From assembly GCA_964610465.1 (NCBI GenBank), contig CAZSWA010000003.1:6245-70244 (forward strand): 64,000 nucleotides of DNA, in the 5' to 3' direction. The stretch is from an uncultured Gammaproteobacteria bacterium. Its GTDB lineage: Bacteria > Patescibacteriota > Microgenomatia > Levybacterales > UBA12049. Below the pieces are notes generated by a model. That model searched no databases. It was given only the letters and a program-made list of their open reading frames with translations, and was not told the DNA's origin. Positions 17,358-27,540 of this stretch are shown one piece after another; the stretch's first letter is position 1, and every line of letters begins with the position of its first letter. A program made the position numbers and the translations under genes.

Positions 17358-18053
17358 ATGGTACTACTTATACATGGGGATGATATAACCGCATCACGCA
17401 ATTATTTTCTTGAGGAAAGACAAAAAGATACGAATAGTTTGACTCTAGAAGGTGAAAAACTCACAATAACTGATCTTGCACAAACCGTAGAGGGAGGAGA
17501 TTTATTCAGTACCAATAAAAAAAGTATTTATATTGAACAGTTATTAACGAAACGAAAGAAAAGTAAAGAACTTGAAGAAATTACAAATTTTATTCAAAAA
17601 TATTCAAAGGACAATGACTATGTATTATGGGAAGCAAAGGAGTTGGAACGAAGTCATCTTAATTATTTCAAAAACCCTGTAGTAAAAATTTTTAAATTGC
17701 CGCAAAGTCTTTTTCTGTTTCTCGATACAATAAAACCTGCAAATGGAAAACAGAATGTGCAACTTTTTCATAATTCCATAACTACTTCAGAACCCGAATT
17801 AGTTTTTTTTATGCTAGTTAAAAGGATAAGACTTCTTCTTGCCTTATCCTCAGAGAAAAAACCAGCTATTGATGAAGTAAAAAGACTTTCAGACTGGCAG
17901 CGAAGTAAATTACAGAAACAAGTTCAGTTTTTCGATAAAAATACACTTGTGAATTTGTATACTCGGCTTTTTGAACTTGAATACAAACAGAAAACTGGAA
18001 ATCTACCAGTACCATTATCAGATGCAATTGACTTTTTGCTTATTGCGATTTAA
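17358..18053 (+). CDS. DNA polymerase III delta subunit-like (HolA-like), short
   Basis: N-terminus 'LLIHGDD' resembles the HolA start. Weak call. Confidence 0.35.
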   Translation: MVLLIHGDDITASRNYFLEERQKDTNSLTLEGEKLTITDLAQTVEGGDLFSTNKKSIYIEQLLTKRKKSKELEEITNFIQKYSKDNDYVLWEAKELERSHLNYFKNPVVKIFKLPQSLFLFLDTIKPANGKQNVQLFHNSITTSEPELVFFMLVKRIRLLLALSSEKKPAIDEVKRLSDWQRSKLQKQVQFFDKNTLVNLYTRLFELEYKQKTGNLPVPLSDAIDFLLIAI

Positions 18054-18062
18054 GATAGTGAC

Positions 18063-19451
18063 ATGACAGACATAAATCCTAAGATATTTAAAGCCTATGA
18101 TATACGAGGCATCTATCCTCAAGACCTCAACGAAACAAATGTCAAAGAAATAACGAAAGCAATCTATGCTTTTTTTCTTAATAAATTAGGCACAAATAAT
18201 TTTACAGTTGTTTTAGCACGGGATATGCGTACTTCTTCTCCATCACTTCACAAAGAAGTTTTGGCTACCCTTATTGCGTGTGGAGCACATGTTGTAGATA
18301 TAGGAATAGTTTCAACTCCAACTTTTTATTTTGCGGTTTCTCATTATGGGTATGATACAGGTATTCAAATTACCGCATCACACAATCCTAAAGAATACAA
18401 TGGATTAAAATTTGTAGTCAAAGGGCCAACAGGTCTTATCAAAATTGGAAAGCCAACAGGTATGGAAGATGTGAAAACCCTGGCAGTAAAAGGTGTAACC
18501 ATTTCTTCTAAAAATCCGGGCAAAGTAACCAAAAAAGATACTCAAGCAATTCTTAAAGAAGAAGTCGATAACGCGCTTAAAATTGCAGGAAATCCAAAAA
18601 TCAGTAAATTCAAAATAGTCGCAGATCCTGCGAATGCAATGGGTAGTCAATATGTTGAAGCACTATTTCAAAAAGTTCCAACAGATTTAGTAAAAATGAA
18701 TTTTGAATTGGATGGAACTTTTCCAGCTCATCAGGCAGACCCACTACAAGCTGAAACGCTGGTAGATTTGCAAAAAAGAGTAGTAAAAGAACATGCTGAT
18801 TTAGGACTTGCTCCTGATGGTGATGGGGACAGGTTATTTTTTATTGACGAAAAAGGTCAAATAATTCCTCCTTCTATCATTACTGCATTAGTAGCACGTG
18901 AATTACTCAAGACACATCCTGGAGAACGAGTATTATTTGATATTCGTTATATTTTTACACCGCAAAAAATTGTTGAAGAAAATGGTGGAGCAACAGGTAT
19001 TACAAGAGTAGGTCATGCCTTCATCTCTGAAGAAATGAATAAAAATGGAGGAATCTTTGCAGGAGAATCTTCCTCTCATGCCTTTTTTAGAGAAACTGGG
19101 AATGCAGAATCTCAACTTCCAATGATTATCTTTGTACTTGCCGTTATGACACGGGAGAATAAAAAACTTTCAGAAATTGTTGAGGAATTAAGACGTTCTT
19201 ATGAATCAGGAGAAATTAATTTTAAAGTTACCAATGCACCGAATATCCTTGCAAAACTGAAAGAGAAATATAAAGACGGGAAGCTTAATGATATGGATGG
19301 AATCGCAATATCATATAAAACTTGGCGATTTAGTGTCCGTACATCAAATACTGAACCACTTTTGCGTCTCAATGTGGAAGCATATGACAAAGAAACTATG
19401 GAAAAGAAAAAAAATGAATTAGTGGCTTTCATCAATACTACAAAGAAATGA
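18063..19451 (+). CDS. phosphomannomutase/phosphoglucomutase (alpha-D-phosphohexomutase)
   Basis: Active-site 'TASHNPKEYNG', Mg-binding 'DGDGDR', sugar-binding 'GESSSH'. Confidence 0.85.
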   Translation: MTDINPKIFKAYDIRGIYPQDLNETNVKEITKAIYAFFLNKLGTNNFTVVLARDMRTSSPSLHKEVLATLIACGAHVVDIGIVSTPTFYFAVSHYGYDTGIQITASHNPKEYNGLKFVVKGPTGLIKIGKPTGMEDVKTLAVKGVTISSKNPGKVTKKDTQAILKEEVDNALKIAGNPKISKFKIVADPANAMGSQYVEALFQKVPTDLVKMNFELDGTFPAHQADPLQAETLVDLQKRVVKEHADLGLAPDGDGDRLFFIDEKGQIIPPSIITALVARELLKTHPGERVLFDIRYIFTPQKIVEENGGATGITRVGHAFISEEMNKNGGIFAGESSSHAFFRETGNAESQLPMIIFVLAVMTRENKKLSEIVEELRRSYESGEINFKVTNAPNILAKLKEKYKDGKLNDMDGIAISYKTWRFSVRTSNTEPLLRLNVEAYDKETMEKKKNELVAFINTTKK

Positions 19452-19903
19452 AAACTTTACCTAAATTTGATACATCAAAATTTACCATTACTCCTTATGT
19501 CAAACGGGTTGAAAAACCTTGGGGTTATGAGTTACATTGGGTACCGGAAGATGCTCCTTATATGGGTAAAGTCCTTCATATAAATGCAGGCAAAAGATTA
19601 TCTCTTCAAATTCATGACGCAAAATCTGAAAGCTGGTTTATGATGCATGGACGGGCAAAAGTATTGTGGGATAATGAGAAAGGAGAACTTATTGAAACAG
19701 AACTTCTCAACGGGCGAGGATATACAACACATGTAGGCCAACGTCATAGATTAATTGGAATTACAGATTGTGATATTCTTGAAGTATCAACTCCTGAAAA
19801 AGGCACCACATGGAGACTGGAAGATGACTATAAGAGACCTGATGAGACTGAGGAACTAAGAAAACAGCCCAATCGCGGTTGGGACAACGCTTCAAAAAAA
19901 TAA
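19448..19903 (+). CDS. cupin-type mannose-6-phosphate isomerase (type II PMI cupin domain)
   Basis: 'EKPWGYE', 'QIH', 'ESWFMMHG' cupin motifs. 4-nt overlap with the PMM gene. Confidence 0.6.
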   Translation: MKTLPKFDTSKFTITPYVKRVEKPWGYELHWVPEDAPYMGKVLHINAGKRLSLQIHDAKSESWFMMHGRAKVLWDNEKGELIETELLNGRGYTTHVGQRHRLIGITDCDILEVSTPEKGTTWRLEDDYKRPDETEELRKQPNRGWDNASKK

Positions 19904-19904
19904 C

Positions 19905-20957
19905 ATGTTAAATCTAAATGACATTGAACATCTGAATAAAATTGATCCCCAAAATACAAGAGCATCCAGTGATTTGATTGTCAAACAATGCAAAGCAGCA
20001 TGGGAACAAGTCAATAATCTTGAGATTAAAGAAGACAAGGAAAATATTACCAACATTGTTTTTTGTGGAATGGGGGCATCTATATATGGCGCACTTGTTC
20101 TTAAAGCTCTTATGGGACGCACGATGCCTTTACCTACTGAAATAGTAAGTGATTATTTTTTACCTGATTATGTAGATAACCACACATTGGTTGTCCTAAC
20201 AAGCTACTCAGGTACTACAGAAGAAGTACTTTCCTGTGCAAATGAAGCAAAAGAGAAAAATGCCAAGATGCTTGTTCTTACCAAAGGCGGACCGCTTGCA
20301 GAATTTGCAAAAACCAATAAAGTCCCAGCTTATATTTTTGACAAAAAACTCAATCCTGCTGGAGTACCACGATTGGGAAATGGATATACCATTTTGGGAC
20401 TTATTGGATTACTCAATAAAATAGGTATAATTGACTTGGAAGAGCATGAAATTACGAATGCGATTATTCGTCTTGAAGAAAAATTTGAAGAGATTAAAAA
20501 TCAAGCATTTAATGATTATACAATGTTTGAAAATAAAATCCCGATTGTCTTTACTGCTGAATATTTATCAGGCAACGGACAAATTCTAAGAAACCAGTTC
20601 AATGAAACAAGCAAAGCATTTTCTGCATATTATGTAATTCCTGATCTCAACCATCATTTAATGGAAGGACTCAAATTCCCAAAGAAATCCCCTCTTTATT
20701 TTCTTATCCTTAATTCTCCTAATTTTTCTCCAAAAATTAAGAAGAGAGTTGAGCTGACAATGGATGTAGTAAGACAAAATAAACACAAAATTTATGAATT
20801 TATGACTAGTGGACAAACCATATATGATGATTTTCTGGAAGCTCTTACCTATGGAAGCTTTCTTACCCTCTATCTTTCACTTTCCTACAACCAAAACCCT
20901 GCGATAAATCCTTGGGTAGATTATTTTAAAGAGAAATTAGCTCAAGGAGAGAAATAA
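19905..20957 (+). CDS. bifunctional phosphoglucose/phosphomannose isomerase (SIS domain, archaeal-type PGI/PMI)
   Basis: Two SIS-like halves ('FCGMGASIYGA', 'VLTSYSGTTEE'). Operon position immediately after PMM and cupin PMI. Confidence 0.6.
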   Translation: MLNLNDIEHLNKIDPQNTRASSDLIVKQCKAAWEQVNNLEIKEDKENITNIVFCGMGASIYGALVLKALMGRTMPLPTEIVSDYFLPDYVDNHTLVVLTSYSGTTEEVLSCANEAKEKNAKMLVLTKGGPLAEFAKTNKVPAYIFDKKLNPAGVPRLGNGYTILGLIGLLNKIGIIDLEEHEITNAIIRLEEKFEEIKNQAFNDYTMFENKIPIVFTAEYLSGNGQILRNQFNETSKAFSAYYVIPDLNHHLMEGLKFPKKSPLYFLILNSPNFSPKIKKRVELTMDVVRQNKHKIYEFMTSGQTIYDDFLEALTYGSFLTLYLSLSYNQNPAINPWVDYFKEKLAQGEK

Positions 20958-21371
20958 TTATTGTTTTGAAAGATATATTTTTATTTCCTTTATAAGGTCT
21001 GCTGGAGTTAATTGACTTTTGATAAGATATCCTGTTCCTAACGCAAGTGCTTCTTTTATTTCTACATCATCATTCAAATTAGTCAAAAACACTACGTTTT
21101 TATTTTTAATTGGCAGAAGTCCCTTATCGATGCTTTTTATCACATCGATACCGCTTAATTTTGGAAGTAAAATATCAAGAAGTATTAAATCCCAACCGCC
21201 TTGTTTGATTTTATCGAAGGCTTCTTCTCCATCAGTTGCACTATCTACATTATATCCTTCACCTTTGAGGGCCTCAAGATAAATATCACGCAGTAATTGA
21301 TCGTCTTCTACTACAAGTATTTTTGCTGAGTTCATTGATATAATCCTAGCATTATTATAATAAATAATCAA
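20958..21371 (-). CDS. stand-alone CheY-like response regulator receiver domain
   Basis: 'KILVVEDD', 'DLILLDILLP', conserved K. Probable true start at the internal 'MNSAKI'. Confidence 0.7.
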   Translation of the reverse strand: MIIYYNNARIISMNSAKILVVEDDQLLRDIYLEALKGEGYNVDSATDGEEAFDKIKQGGWDLILLDILLPKLSGIDVIKSIDKGLLPIKNKNVVFLTNLNDDVEIKEALALGTGYLIKSQLTPADLIKEIKIYLSKQ

Positions 21372-21415
21372 CCTAATTTCTAAGAATTTTTTCTGCTATA
21401 ATTATTATTATTTAA

Positions 21416-23446
21416 ATGGTGAATCAACTTCAAACTTATAAAAAAGTGTTTTATTCATGTATCCTTTTTCTGTTTTTCTCCTCTGTTTTTTTTCTTTATT
21501 TACATAATATTACACAAGATATATATAGTGGTGATATTGGAGATTTAGTAACTGCTTCCTATGTCTTTGGAGTACCTCATCCTCCTGGATATCCTCTCTT
21601 TACATTTTTGGGTTTTCTTTTTTCTCATATACCATTTTCTTTTCCTGTTGTATCACGCGTTGCTCTCATCTCATTCTTATCATCGTGGCTTGGTCTCATC
21701 GTTTTGTATAAATTTGCGAAGAAAGTAAGTAATGATATATTTATTTCTCTTCTTGCGACTTCCATTCTTGCATTTTCTTATCTCTATTGGCTACATGCTG
21801 AAGTACCAGAAGCATTTGGATTGAATAATTTTTTTGTAATAGCACTCTTCTATATATCTTATCTTTTTTATAAAGAAAAGAAAGTGTGGCAATTTTATCT
21901 CCTCTGTTTTTGTATGGGATTGTCTCTTACTCATCATCAAACTATTTTGTTTATTTTCCCGGGTTTGTTTTTGCTTCTTTTAAAAAACCTAAAATATGTT
22001 TTTAAGAAGAAAAAAAGGATATTGCTTGCTTTCCTTAGTTTTATTGTAGGATTTTTCCCTTATCTCTATGTTCTCATCGCTGCATCACATAATCCAATTA
22101 TTAACTGGGATAATGCTTATAATTTTCAAAATCTAATTCATTTAATATTAAGAAAAGATTATGGTTTTGCGCCAGCAATTGTAAATGAAGTGCCCTTTGC
22201 GGTCAAAATAATCCAGGTAAAAAGTTATTTTGAGTCGCTTATCATATTTTACTCATATCAAGTACTGTTCTTAGCACTACTTGGGGTTATCAAACTGATA
22301 AAAATTGATAGATTATTATTTGTCAGTCTTTTCATATCTTTCCTGTTTTCTGGACCTGCATATATATTTTATGGCGCAAATATTACTACAGAAGCTGCTG
22401 GTATGGGCATAATTGAACGGTTCTATCTAATATCAGCAATTATCCTCATGTTTTTCGTAATATACGGGCTTGTTTTTGTGAAAGAGTTGTTAAATCACAT
22501 ATTATCAAAAAAAATATATACTTTTATTTTATTATCTTATTTTCTTATTATTCCATTCTTTCTTGTAAAATATAATTTTGAAAAAACCAACCTTTCCCAA
22601 TCACATATTGGTAATAATTTAGCAATAGATATTTTGTCATCTCTCCCTAAAAATGCAGTTATATTCGTGTCAGGAGATACGACATCGTTTAATATTTGGT
22701 ATGTCCATTATGTATTAGGTTTCAGACCTGATGTAAATATTATTAACCCGCCAGGTGTTGGAGGAAATATTTATTTTGATAATCAAATTAACCGCTATCA
22801 CAAACTACATCCTTCAATAAAGCTTACAAACCTTGTTGCTCAAACACTTGAAGATATACGAAAAAGACATAGTGTGTATACTACATATGAAATCTCTTCT
22901 ATTCCCAAACATACAATTCTTCTTCCAAAAGGCTTAATATACGAAATGACATATGATAATGCTATGCCTACTAAACAAGAGTATATTAGAAGTGTTGAAC
23001 CTGTCCTTAATACAATACACCGAGTACGTAGTCAGACATTACTACCATATGATGATAACTTGATTGCTTCTGAAATACCTATGATTTATTCAAATGCATT
23101 AGTAAGAGTTGGAGATTTTTTATTTTCCTATTATCATGATTCAGCAACTCCTGAGCATTATTATAGAAGAGCATTATGGTTTGATGATAAAAATCCTGCT
23201 GCATACGCAGGACTTTCACTTAGCCAATATAAAGCCTACAATGATTGCCCAAACTCTATTGAGAACATGAATTCTGCAATCGATATTTATCCTATATGGA
23301 AAACGTACTATCTTCAACTTTATCTACTCTATAAGAGATGTAACACTTCTCAAAAGATCGTAAATAAGTATAAAGAAAGATACTATTCACTATTTAAAAT
23401 TTCTATAGATACTGACCTTACAAATAGTACAAAAAGAAAGATATAA
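21416..23446 (+). CDS. DUF2723 (TMEM260-like) GT-C membrane protein, putative protein O-mannosyltransferase, C-terminal TPR-like region
   Basis: 'SGDIGDLVTASYVFGVPHPPGYPLF' is the DUF2723 signature. About 11 TM helices. Confidence 0.6.
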   Translation: MVNQLQTYKKVFYSCILFLFFSSVFFLYLHNITQDIYSGDIGDLVTASYVFGVPHPPGYPLFTFLGFLFSHIPFSFPVVSRVALISFLSSWLGLIVLYKFAKKVSNDIFISLLATSILAFSYLYWLHAEVPEAFGLNNFFVIALFYISYLFYKEKKVWQFYLLCFCMGLSLTHHQTILFIFPGLFLLLLKNLKYVFKKKKRILLAFLSFIVGFFPYLYVLIAASHNPIINWDNAYNFQNLIHLILRKDYGFAPAIVNEVPFAVKIIQVKSYFESLIIFYSYQVLFLALLGVIKLIKIDRLLFVSLFISFLFSGPAYIFYGANITTEAAGMGIIERFYLISAIILMFFVIYGLVFVKELLNHILSKKIYTFILLSYFLIIPFFLVKYNFEKTNLSQSHIGNNLAIDILSSLPKNAVIFVSGDTTSFNIWYVHYVLGFRPDVNIINPPGVGGNIYFDNQINRYHKLHPSIKLTNLVAQTLEDIRKRHSVYTTYEISSIPKHTILLPKGLIYEMTYDNAMPTKQEYIRSVEPVLNTIHRVRSQTLLPYDDNLIASEIPMIYSNALVRVGDFLFSYYHDSATPEHYYRRALWFDDKNPAAYAGLSLSQYKAYNDCPNSIENMNSAIDIYPIWKTYYLQLYLLYKRCNTSQKIVNKYKERYYSLFKISIDTDLTNSTKRKI

Positions 23447-23454
23447 TTTTCTTC

Positions 23455-24600
23455 ATGAAACTTGTTTTTTTCACTTATAGCACACTTGAGTATGGAGGCG
23501 GTGTAGCAAGATATTTTATAGATATTGCTTCTCAACTCAAAAAACAACACCGTTCTTTAGATATTACAATTGTTACATTTCATGAATCGTTACTTAAAAA
23601 AATACTATTTGTCTACTCGATATATTTTACAAAAAAAATTGATACAGTCCTTTTTAAAGAGAGAGAAGAATTTGATGAAAAACTTAATAACATTCACTAT
23701 ATAAAAGTGAAAAAACTATCAGAACTTCATAAGTATCTTCAACAGGCAAATAGAATATATACAACAAATAATCTGCTAGAGTTATTAATCCTCAATACAC
23801 TTTCTTATAAATATCTTCTTCCCCAATTTATAATTGGTTTTCATATCCCTATGTATTATCCCATTAGTTCATCTTTCCAAAATAAAATTCATAATAGAAT
23901 ATATAAATCAGTTTTTTATTATAAACTATTATCGAAAGCTGAAAAGCTTCATGTAATAAACATTCATGATGAAAAAATTCTATTGACACATTTTCCTAAA
24001 AATAAAATCTATAAAATATACAATCCTTTTAATTCCCTAGAATTTAATACATTAAAAGAAAAGCTTTCTAAGAGTAGGAATCAGAAAATTAATATCCTCT
24101 GGATAGGACGATTGACAGAACAAAAGGGAGTTTCCGATTTACTTTCTCTTATAGTGAAAATTAACTCTTCCAAATATAAAAATAAACTAACTTGGAACAT
24201 TGTAGGTGAAGGTGAATTACGTTCTCAAATCATATTACTCCAAAAGGACTTTACTAATGTACGTTATTTAGGATATATATCTCATAATCAATTAGCAAGT
24301 ATTTATACAAAAAATGACATATTTATTTGTACAAGTCATTGGGAAAGTTTCCCTTATACACTTTTAGAAGCACAAAGTTTCAATTTACCTGTTATTTCCT
24401 ATAATATAGATGGGTGTAATGATATAATAGAGAACGGAATAAATGGCTATCTTGTAAATACGCTTACTGAATTTGAGAAAAGAATTTTAGAGTTTAGTAA
24501 AAATAATACCTTTAAGAATAAAGATATACGAGGTTACATTAAAAAAAAGTTTGAATATAAAGAGCAACTTAAAAGCTTATATAAGTTATTACACGATTAA
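23455..24600 (+). CDS. glycosyltransferase family 4 (GT-B, retaining)
   Basis: 'WIGRLTEQKG' and the 'ESFPYTLLEAQSFNLPVIS' EX7E-type motif. Confidence 0.75.
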   Translation: MKLVFFTYSTLEYGGGVARYFIDIASQLKKQHRSLDITIVTFHESLLKKILFVYSIYFTKKIDTVLFKEREEFDEKLNNIHYIKVKKLSELHKYLQQANRIYTTNNLLELLILNTLSYKYLLPQFIIGFHIPMYYPISSSFQNKIHNRIYKSVFYYKLLSKAEKLHVINIHDEKILLTHFPKNKIYKIYNPFNSLEFNTLKEKLSKSRNQKINILWIGRLTEQKGVSDLLSLIVKINSSKYKNKLTWNIVGEGELRSQIILLQKDFTNVRYLGYISHNQLASIYTKNDIFICTSHWESFPYTLLEAQSFNLPVISYNIDGCNDIIENGINGYLVNTLTEFEKRILEFSKNNTFKNKDIRGYIKKKFEYKEQLKSLYKLLHD

Positions 24601-24602
24601 CT

Positions 24603-25244
24603 ATGACAAACTATTATGATACTACTTATTTTAAATGGCAAAAAAAAGCAGGCGAATATGGCGCAAATCAAGATTTATGGATGTATAAAGATTATGTAAA
24701 ACCTTCTGATACTGTTCTGGATTTTGGTTGTGGCGGCGGCTACATGCTCAAAAAATTACATTGTAAAAATAAATACGGGATAGATATTAATCCAGTTGCA
24801 AGAAAGTTAGCAAAAGAAAAAGATATCCATGTATTTCAAAGTATTAAACAGCTTCCTAAAAATGTAAAATTTGATGTTATCATTTCTCACCATACCCTTG
24901 AGCATGTCACTGACCCCGCAAATATCTTAAAACAGTTGCGTATTCGTCTTAAGAAAAACGGTACTATTATATGTGTAGTTCCTATTGACGATTGGAGAAC
25001 TCAAAAAAAATATAATGCGGAAGATATAAATCAACATCTCTATACCTGGACTTCTCAACTTCTAGGAAATCTATTTGTAACTTGTGGATATAAAATCAAT
25101 AGCATTAATATACTTTCTTTCATGTGGCTTCCATTAAGCAGATATTATTATCGCTATATACCAAAACCTTTGTATTATTTTATGAGCAGGATTTGGAGTG
25201 AAGTTATATTATCCCGCCAGATTAGAATAGTTGCTCAAATATAA
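24603..25244 (+). CDS. class I SAM-dependent methyltransferase
   Basis: 'VLDFGCGGGYM' motif I. Confidence 0.7.
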   Translation: MTNYYDTTYFKWQKKAGEYGANQDLWMYKDYVKPSDTVLDFGCGGGYMLKKLHCKNKYGIDINPVARKLAKEKDIHVFQSIKQLPKNVKFDVIISHHTLEHVTDPANILKQLRIRLKKNGTIICVVPIDDWRTQKKYNAEDINQHLYTWTSQLLGNLFVTCGYKINSINILSFMWLPLSRYYYRYIPKPLYYFMSRIWSEVILSRQIRIVAQI

Positions 25245-25253
25245 AACTACGAC

Positions 25254-25961
25254 ATGCTAAAACTAAGATTGTTTTTTCATCCTCACTTTGTAATCAAATA
25301 TTATCTTTATAAGGATTTGAAAGCTATTACTAGCAACTATTCATTCAAGGGAAGAATCTTGGATATTGGATGCGGGAATAAACCGTATCAAGACTTATTT
25401 AAACCCGCTATTTATAAAGGAATTGATTTTAAAAAATTTTCAAGTAATTCAGAATTTAGTATCAATAAGCCTGACTATTACTTTCGCGCTCCCTATCTCT
25501 CAACTTTTAAATTACCATTTGTTTCCACTTATTTTGATTCAGTTGTTTCTTTTCAGGTACTTGAACATCATCCAGAAGTAGTTACTTTTATACGCGAAGC
25601 AGTAAGAGTAACAAAAAAGCACGGATTAATCATTATAAGCTTCCCTTTTATTTGGGGATTGCATGAAGAACCAAATGATTATCAACGACTTACTCATTAT
25701 AGTATCATTAGACAATTCAAAAAAAATAAATGTAAGATGATTAAAATAAAGACTCAAGGCTCTATTGCTTCAACAAATATGATGCTTCTCATGGATTATC
25801 TAATTGAACTATCTCATAAAGGGAAAATACATTATATTATTGCTTTATTGCTATACCCATTCTTTTTAGTTGCAAGTTATTTCTCTTTGGCAGTTGATAC
25901 GATATGCAAGTCAAATAAAGTATTTTTGAATTACATAGTAGTAGCACAAAAACTCGAGTAA
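25254..25961 (+). CDS. class I SAM-dependent methyltransferase with C-terminal TM helix
   Basis: 'ILDIGCGNKPY' motif I; hydrophobic tail. Confidence 0.65.
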   Translation: MLKLRLFFHPHFVIKYYLYKDLKAITSNYSFKGRILDIGCGNKPYQDLFKPAIYKGIDFKKFSSNSEFSINKPDYYFRAPYLSTFKLPFVSTYFDSVVSFQVLEHHPEVVTFIREAVRVTKKHGLIIISFPFIWGLHEEPNDYQRLTHYSIIRQFKKNKCKMIKIKTQGSIASTNMMLLMDYLIELSHKGKIHYIIALLLYPFFLVASYFSLAVDTICKSNKVFLNYIVVAQKLE

Positions 25962-25985
25962 TAAAGCTGGCTGATACTACAAGTA

Positions 25986-26990
25986 TTAAACCATTTCTTC
26001 CGCAAAAGTATAGGCCTCTTGAAGTGGAAATTGCTTAATATAATTTATTCGTATTTTCCCTTTTGTATTTATCTTACCGGGTATTGAAAAAAATTCATGT
26101 AATAATCCGGCTGCGTATGAAAAATGAATTAGTGGAAATAATAATGGCATACATAAAACCAAAATTATTTTTTTATATTTGATAGCTGCCTTTACTGAAG
26201 TCGCTATTCCCAATACCAAATACAAAAAGAGGGGTGTTAAATACCAAAAAGGATGAATAATAATAAGACTAAAAATATAAAGGATAAATGCAATCGGGCT
26301 CATCAAGAGAAAATCTTGAGGAATAAATTCTTTTTTTATTTGCTTCATCCGACCGCTTCCATAATGACTAAATTGCTTAATGAGTTGATACACAGTACCC
26401 CTATGATAACGATAGATAAACATACTCTGGTTGTACTCTAATTCATAACCTTTTGTCTTAAGTCTTCGGAGGAGCTCTGTTTCTTCATTTGGCACGATTG
26501 TTTCATCAAATCCTCCCACTTTTAGTACTGCAGTCTTTCGTAATGCAAGATTTGCTCCAATAAGCTGGTATTCATTGGCTTTTGTGACTTTTGTTTTTTG
26601 CCTGCTATAGCGAAAACGCATTCTCATGGCACCAAAATAAGTTTCAAGAGTATAGCCAATAAGTTGGCTCACAAAATTGCCGTCCTTGTAGCTAAAAAGG
26701 CTTGGGCCGCCAACAGCCGCAATATTGGGATTGGTAAAGGCTTTAGCGATAAGTTTAAACGCCTTTGGATTGACTTGTGAATCGTTATCTAAAAGGTAGA
26801 GTATCTTTCCTTTTGAATTTTTTATACCGATATTTCGCTGCTTGGCGATATGTCGTCCTTCTATAATAAGAATCTCAATGAGCTGTTTTGGATAATCTAC
26901 TCTTCGTAAAGACTCTAAAACTACTTGTGGATTGGTATCAGGAAGAATAGGAATATTTACAGATATTCTGGGCAAGTAACTTTTCTGCAC
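25986..26990 (-). CDS. glycosyltransferase family 2 (GT-A) with C-terminal TM helices, same strand and immediately downstream of pilin genes
   Basis: 'ISVNIPILPDTN', 'LLDNDS' DxD. C-terminal hydrophobic segments. Confidence 0.7.
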   Translation of the reverse strand: MQKSYLPRISVNIPILPDTNPQVVLESLRRVDYPKQLIEILIIEGRHIAKQRNIGIKNSKGKILYLLDNDSQVNPKAFKLIAKAFTNPNIAAVGGPSLFSYKDGNFVSQLIGYTLETYFGAMRMRFRYSRQKTKVTKANEYQLIGANLALRKTAVLKVGGFDETIVPNEETELLRRLKTKGYELEYNQSMFIYRYHRGTVYQLIKQFSHYGSGRMKQIKKEFIPQDFLLMSPIAFILYIFSLIIIHPFWYLTPLFLYLVLGIATSVKAAIKYKKIILVLCMPLLFPLIHFSYAAGLLHEFFSIPGKINTKGKIRINYIKQFPLQEAYTFAEEMV

Positions 26991-27051
26991 ATACTAATAA
27001 TAAACTCAAATCAAGAAAAAAAGCAAGAAGAATTTCAAGAAAAACTTAGAG

Positions 27052-27540
27052 CTATCGAGTAACGTTGATCGTAGAACCCAATTCTGCAGCTGGAGCTGAA
27101 ACGGTAAGTCTGTTACTCCCACCTGCACCTGTAATGGCTTGAATGGTATATCCTGTTGTCCATGTGGTACCAGTACATCCTGATGATTGAACAGGTTGTG
27201 CTCCACCCGCTGTTAACGGGTCAACTGGAAGTGCTGCAATATACTGGGGAACTACTGCAGTACAGAATGTATTAAACGCAGTTGCAGCAATAGTTTGGGC
27301 TGTGGTGGTAATCCCTGGAGGCAACGTGCCTTTGTTGTCTGCCATATATTGATTGGTAGCATTCAGGATTGCATTGACATCTGCGCTTCTTTTAGTATTG
27401 TTTGATTGAGAAAACTGTCGCGCCGGGTTAATAGCAATAAGAGTGATTGCGAGTAAGATTGCAAGGATTCCGATGACAACCAAAAGCTCGATAAGAGTAA
27501 ACCCTTTTCCCTGTCTTTTGATAAGCAGTTGTTTATTCAT
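27052..27540 (-). CDS. type IV major pilin (prepilin leader MNKQLLIKRQGKG | FTLIELLVV, Glu5), copy 1
   Basis: Canonical class III signal peptide. Thr/Gly-rich C-terminal region. Confidence 0.85.
   Translation of the reverse strand: MNKQLLIKRQGKGFTLIELLVVIGILAILLAITLIAINPARQFSQSNNTKRSADVNAILNATNQYMADNKGTLPPGITTTAQTIAATAFNTFCTAVVPQYIAALPVDPLTAGGAQPVQSSGCTGTTWTTGYTIQAITGAGGSNRLTVSAPAAELGSTINVTR

Noticed and set aside
27006-27206. 66-aa ORF overlapping the 3' end of pilin copy 1
   Set aside because: It is embedded in, and on the same strand as, the pilin gene but in a different frame. The pilin frame is strongly supported.
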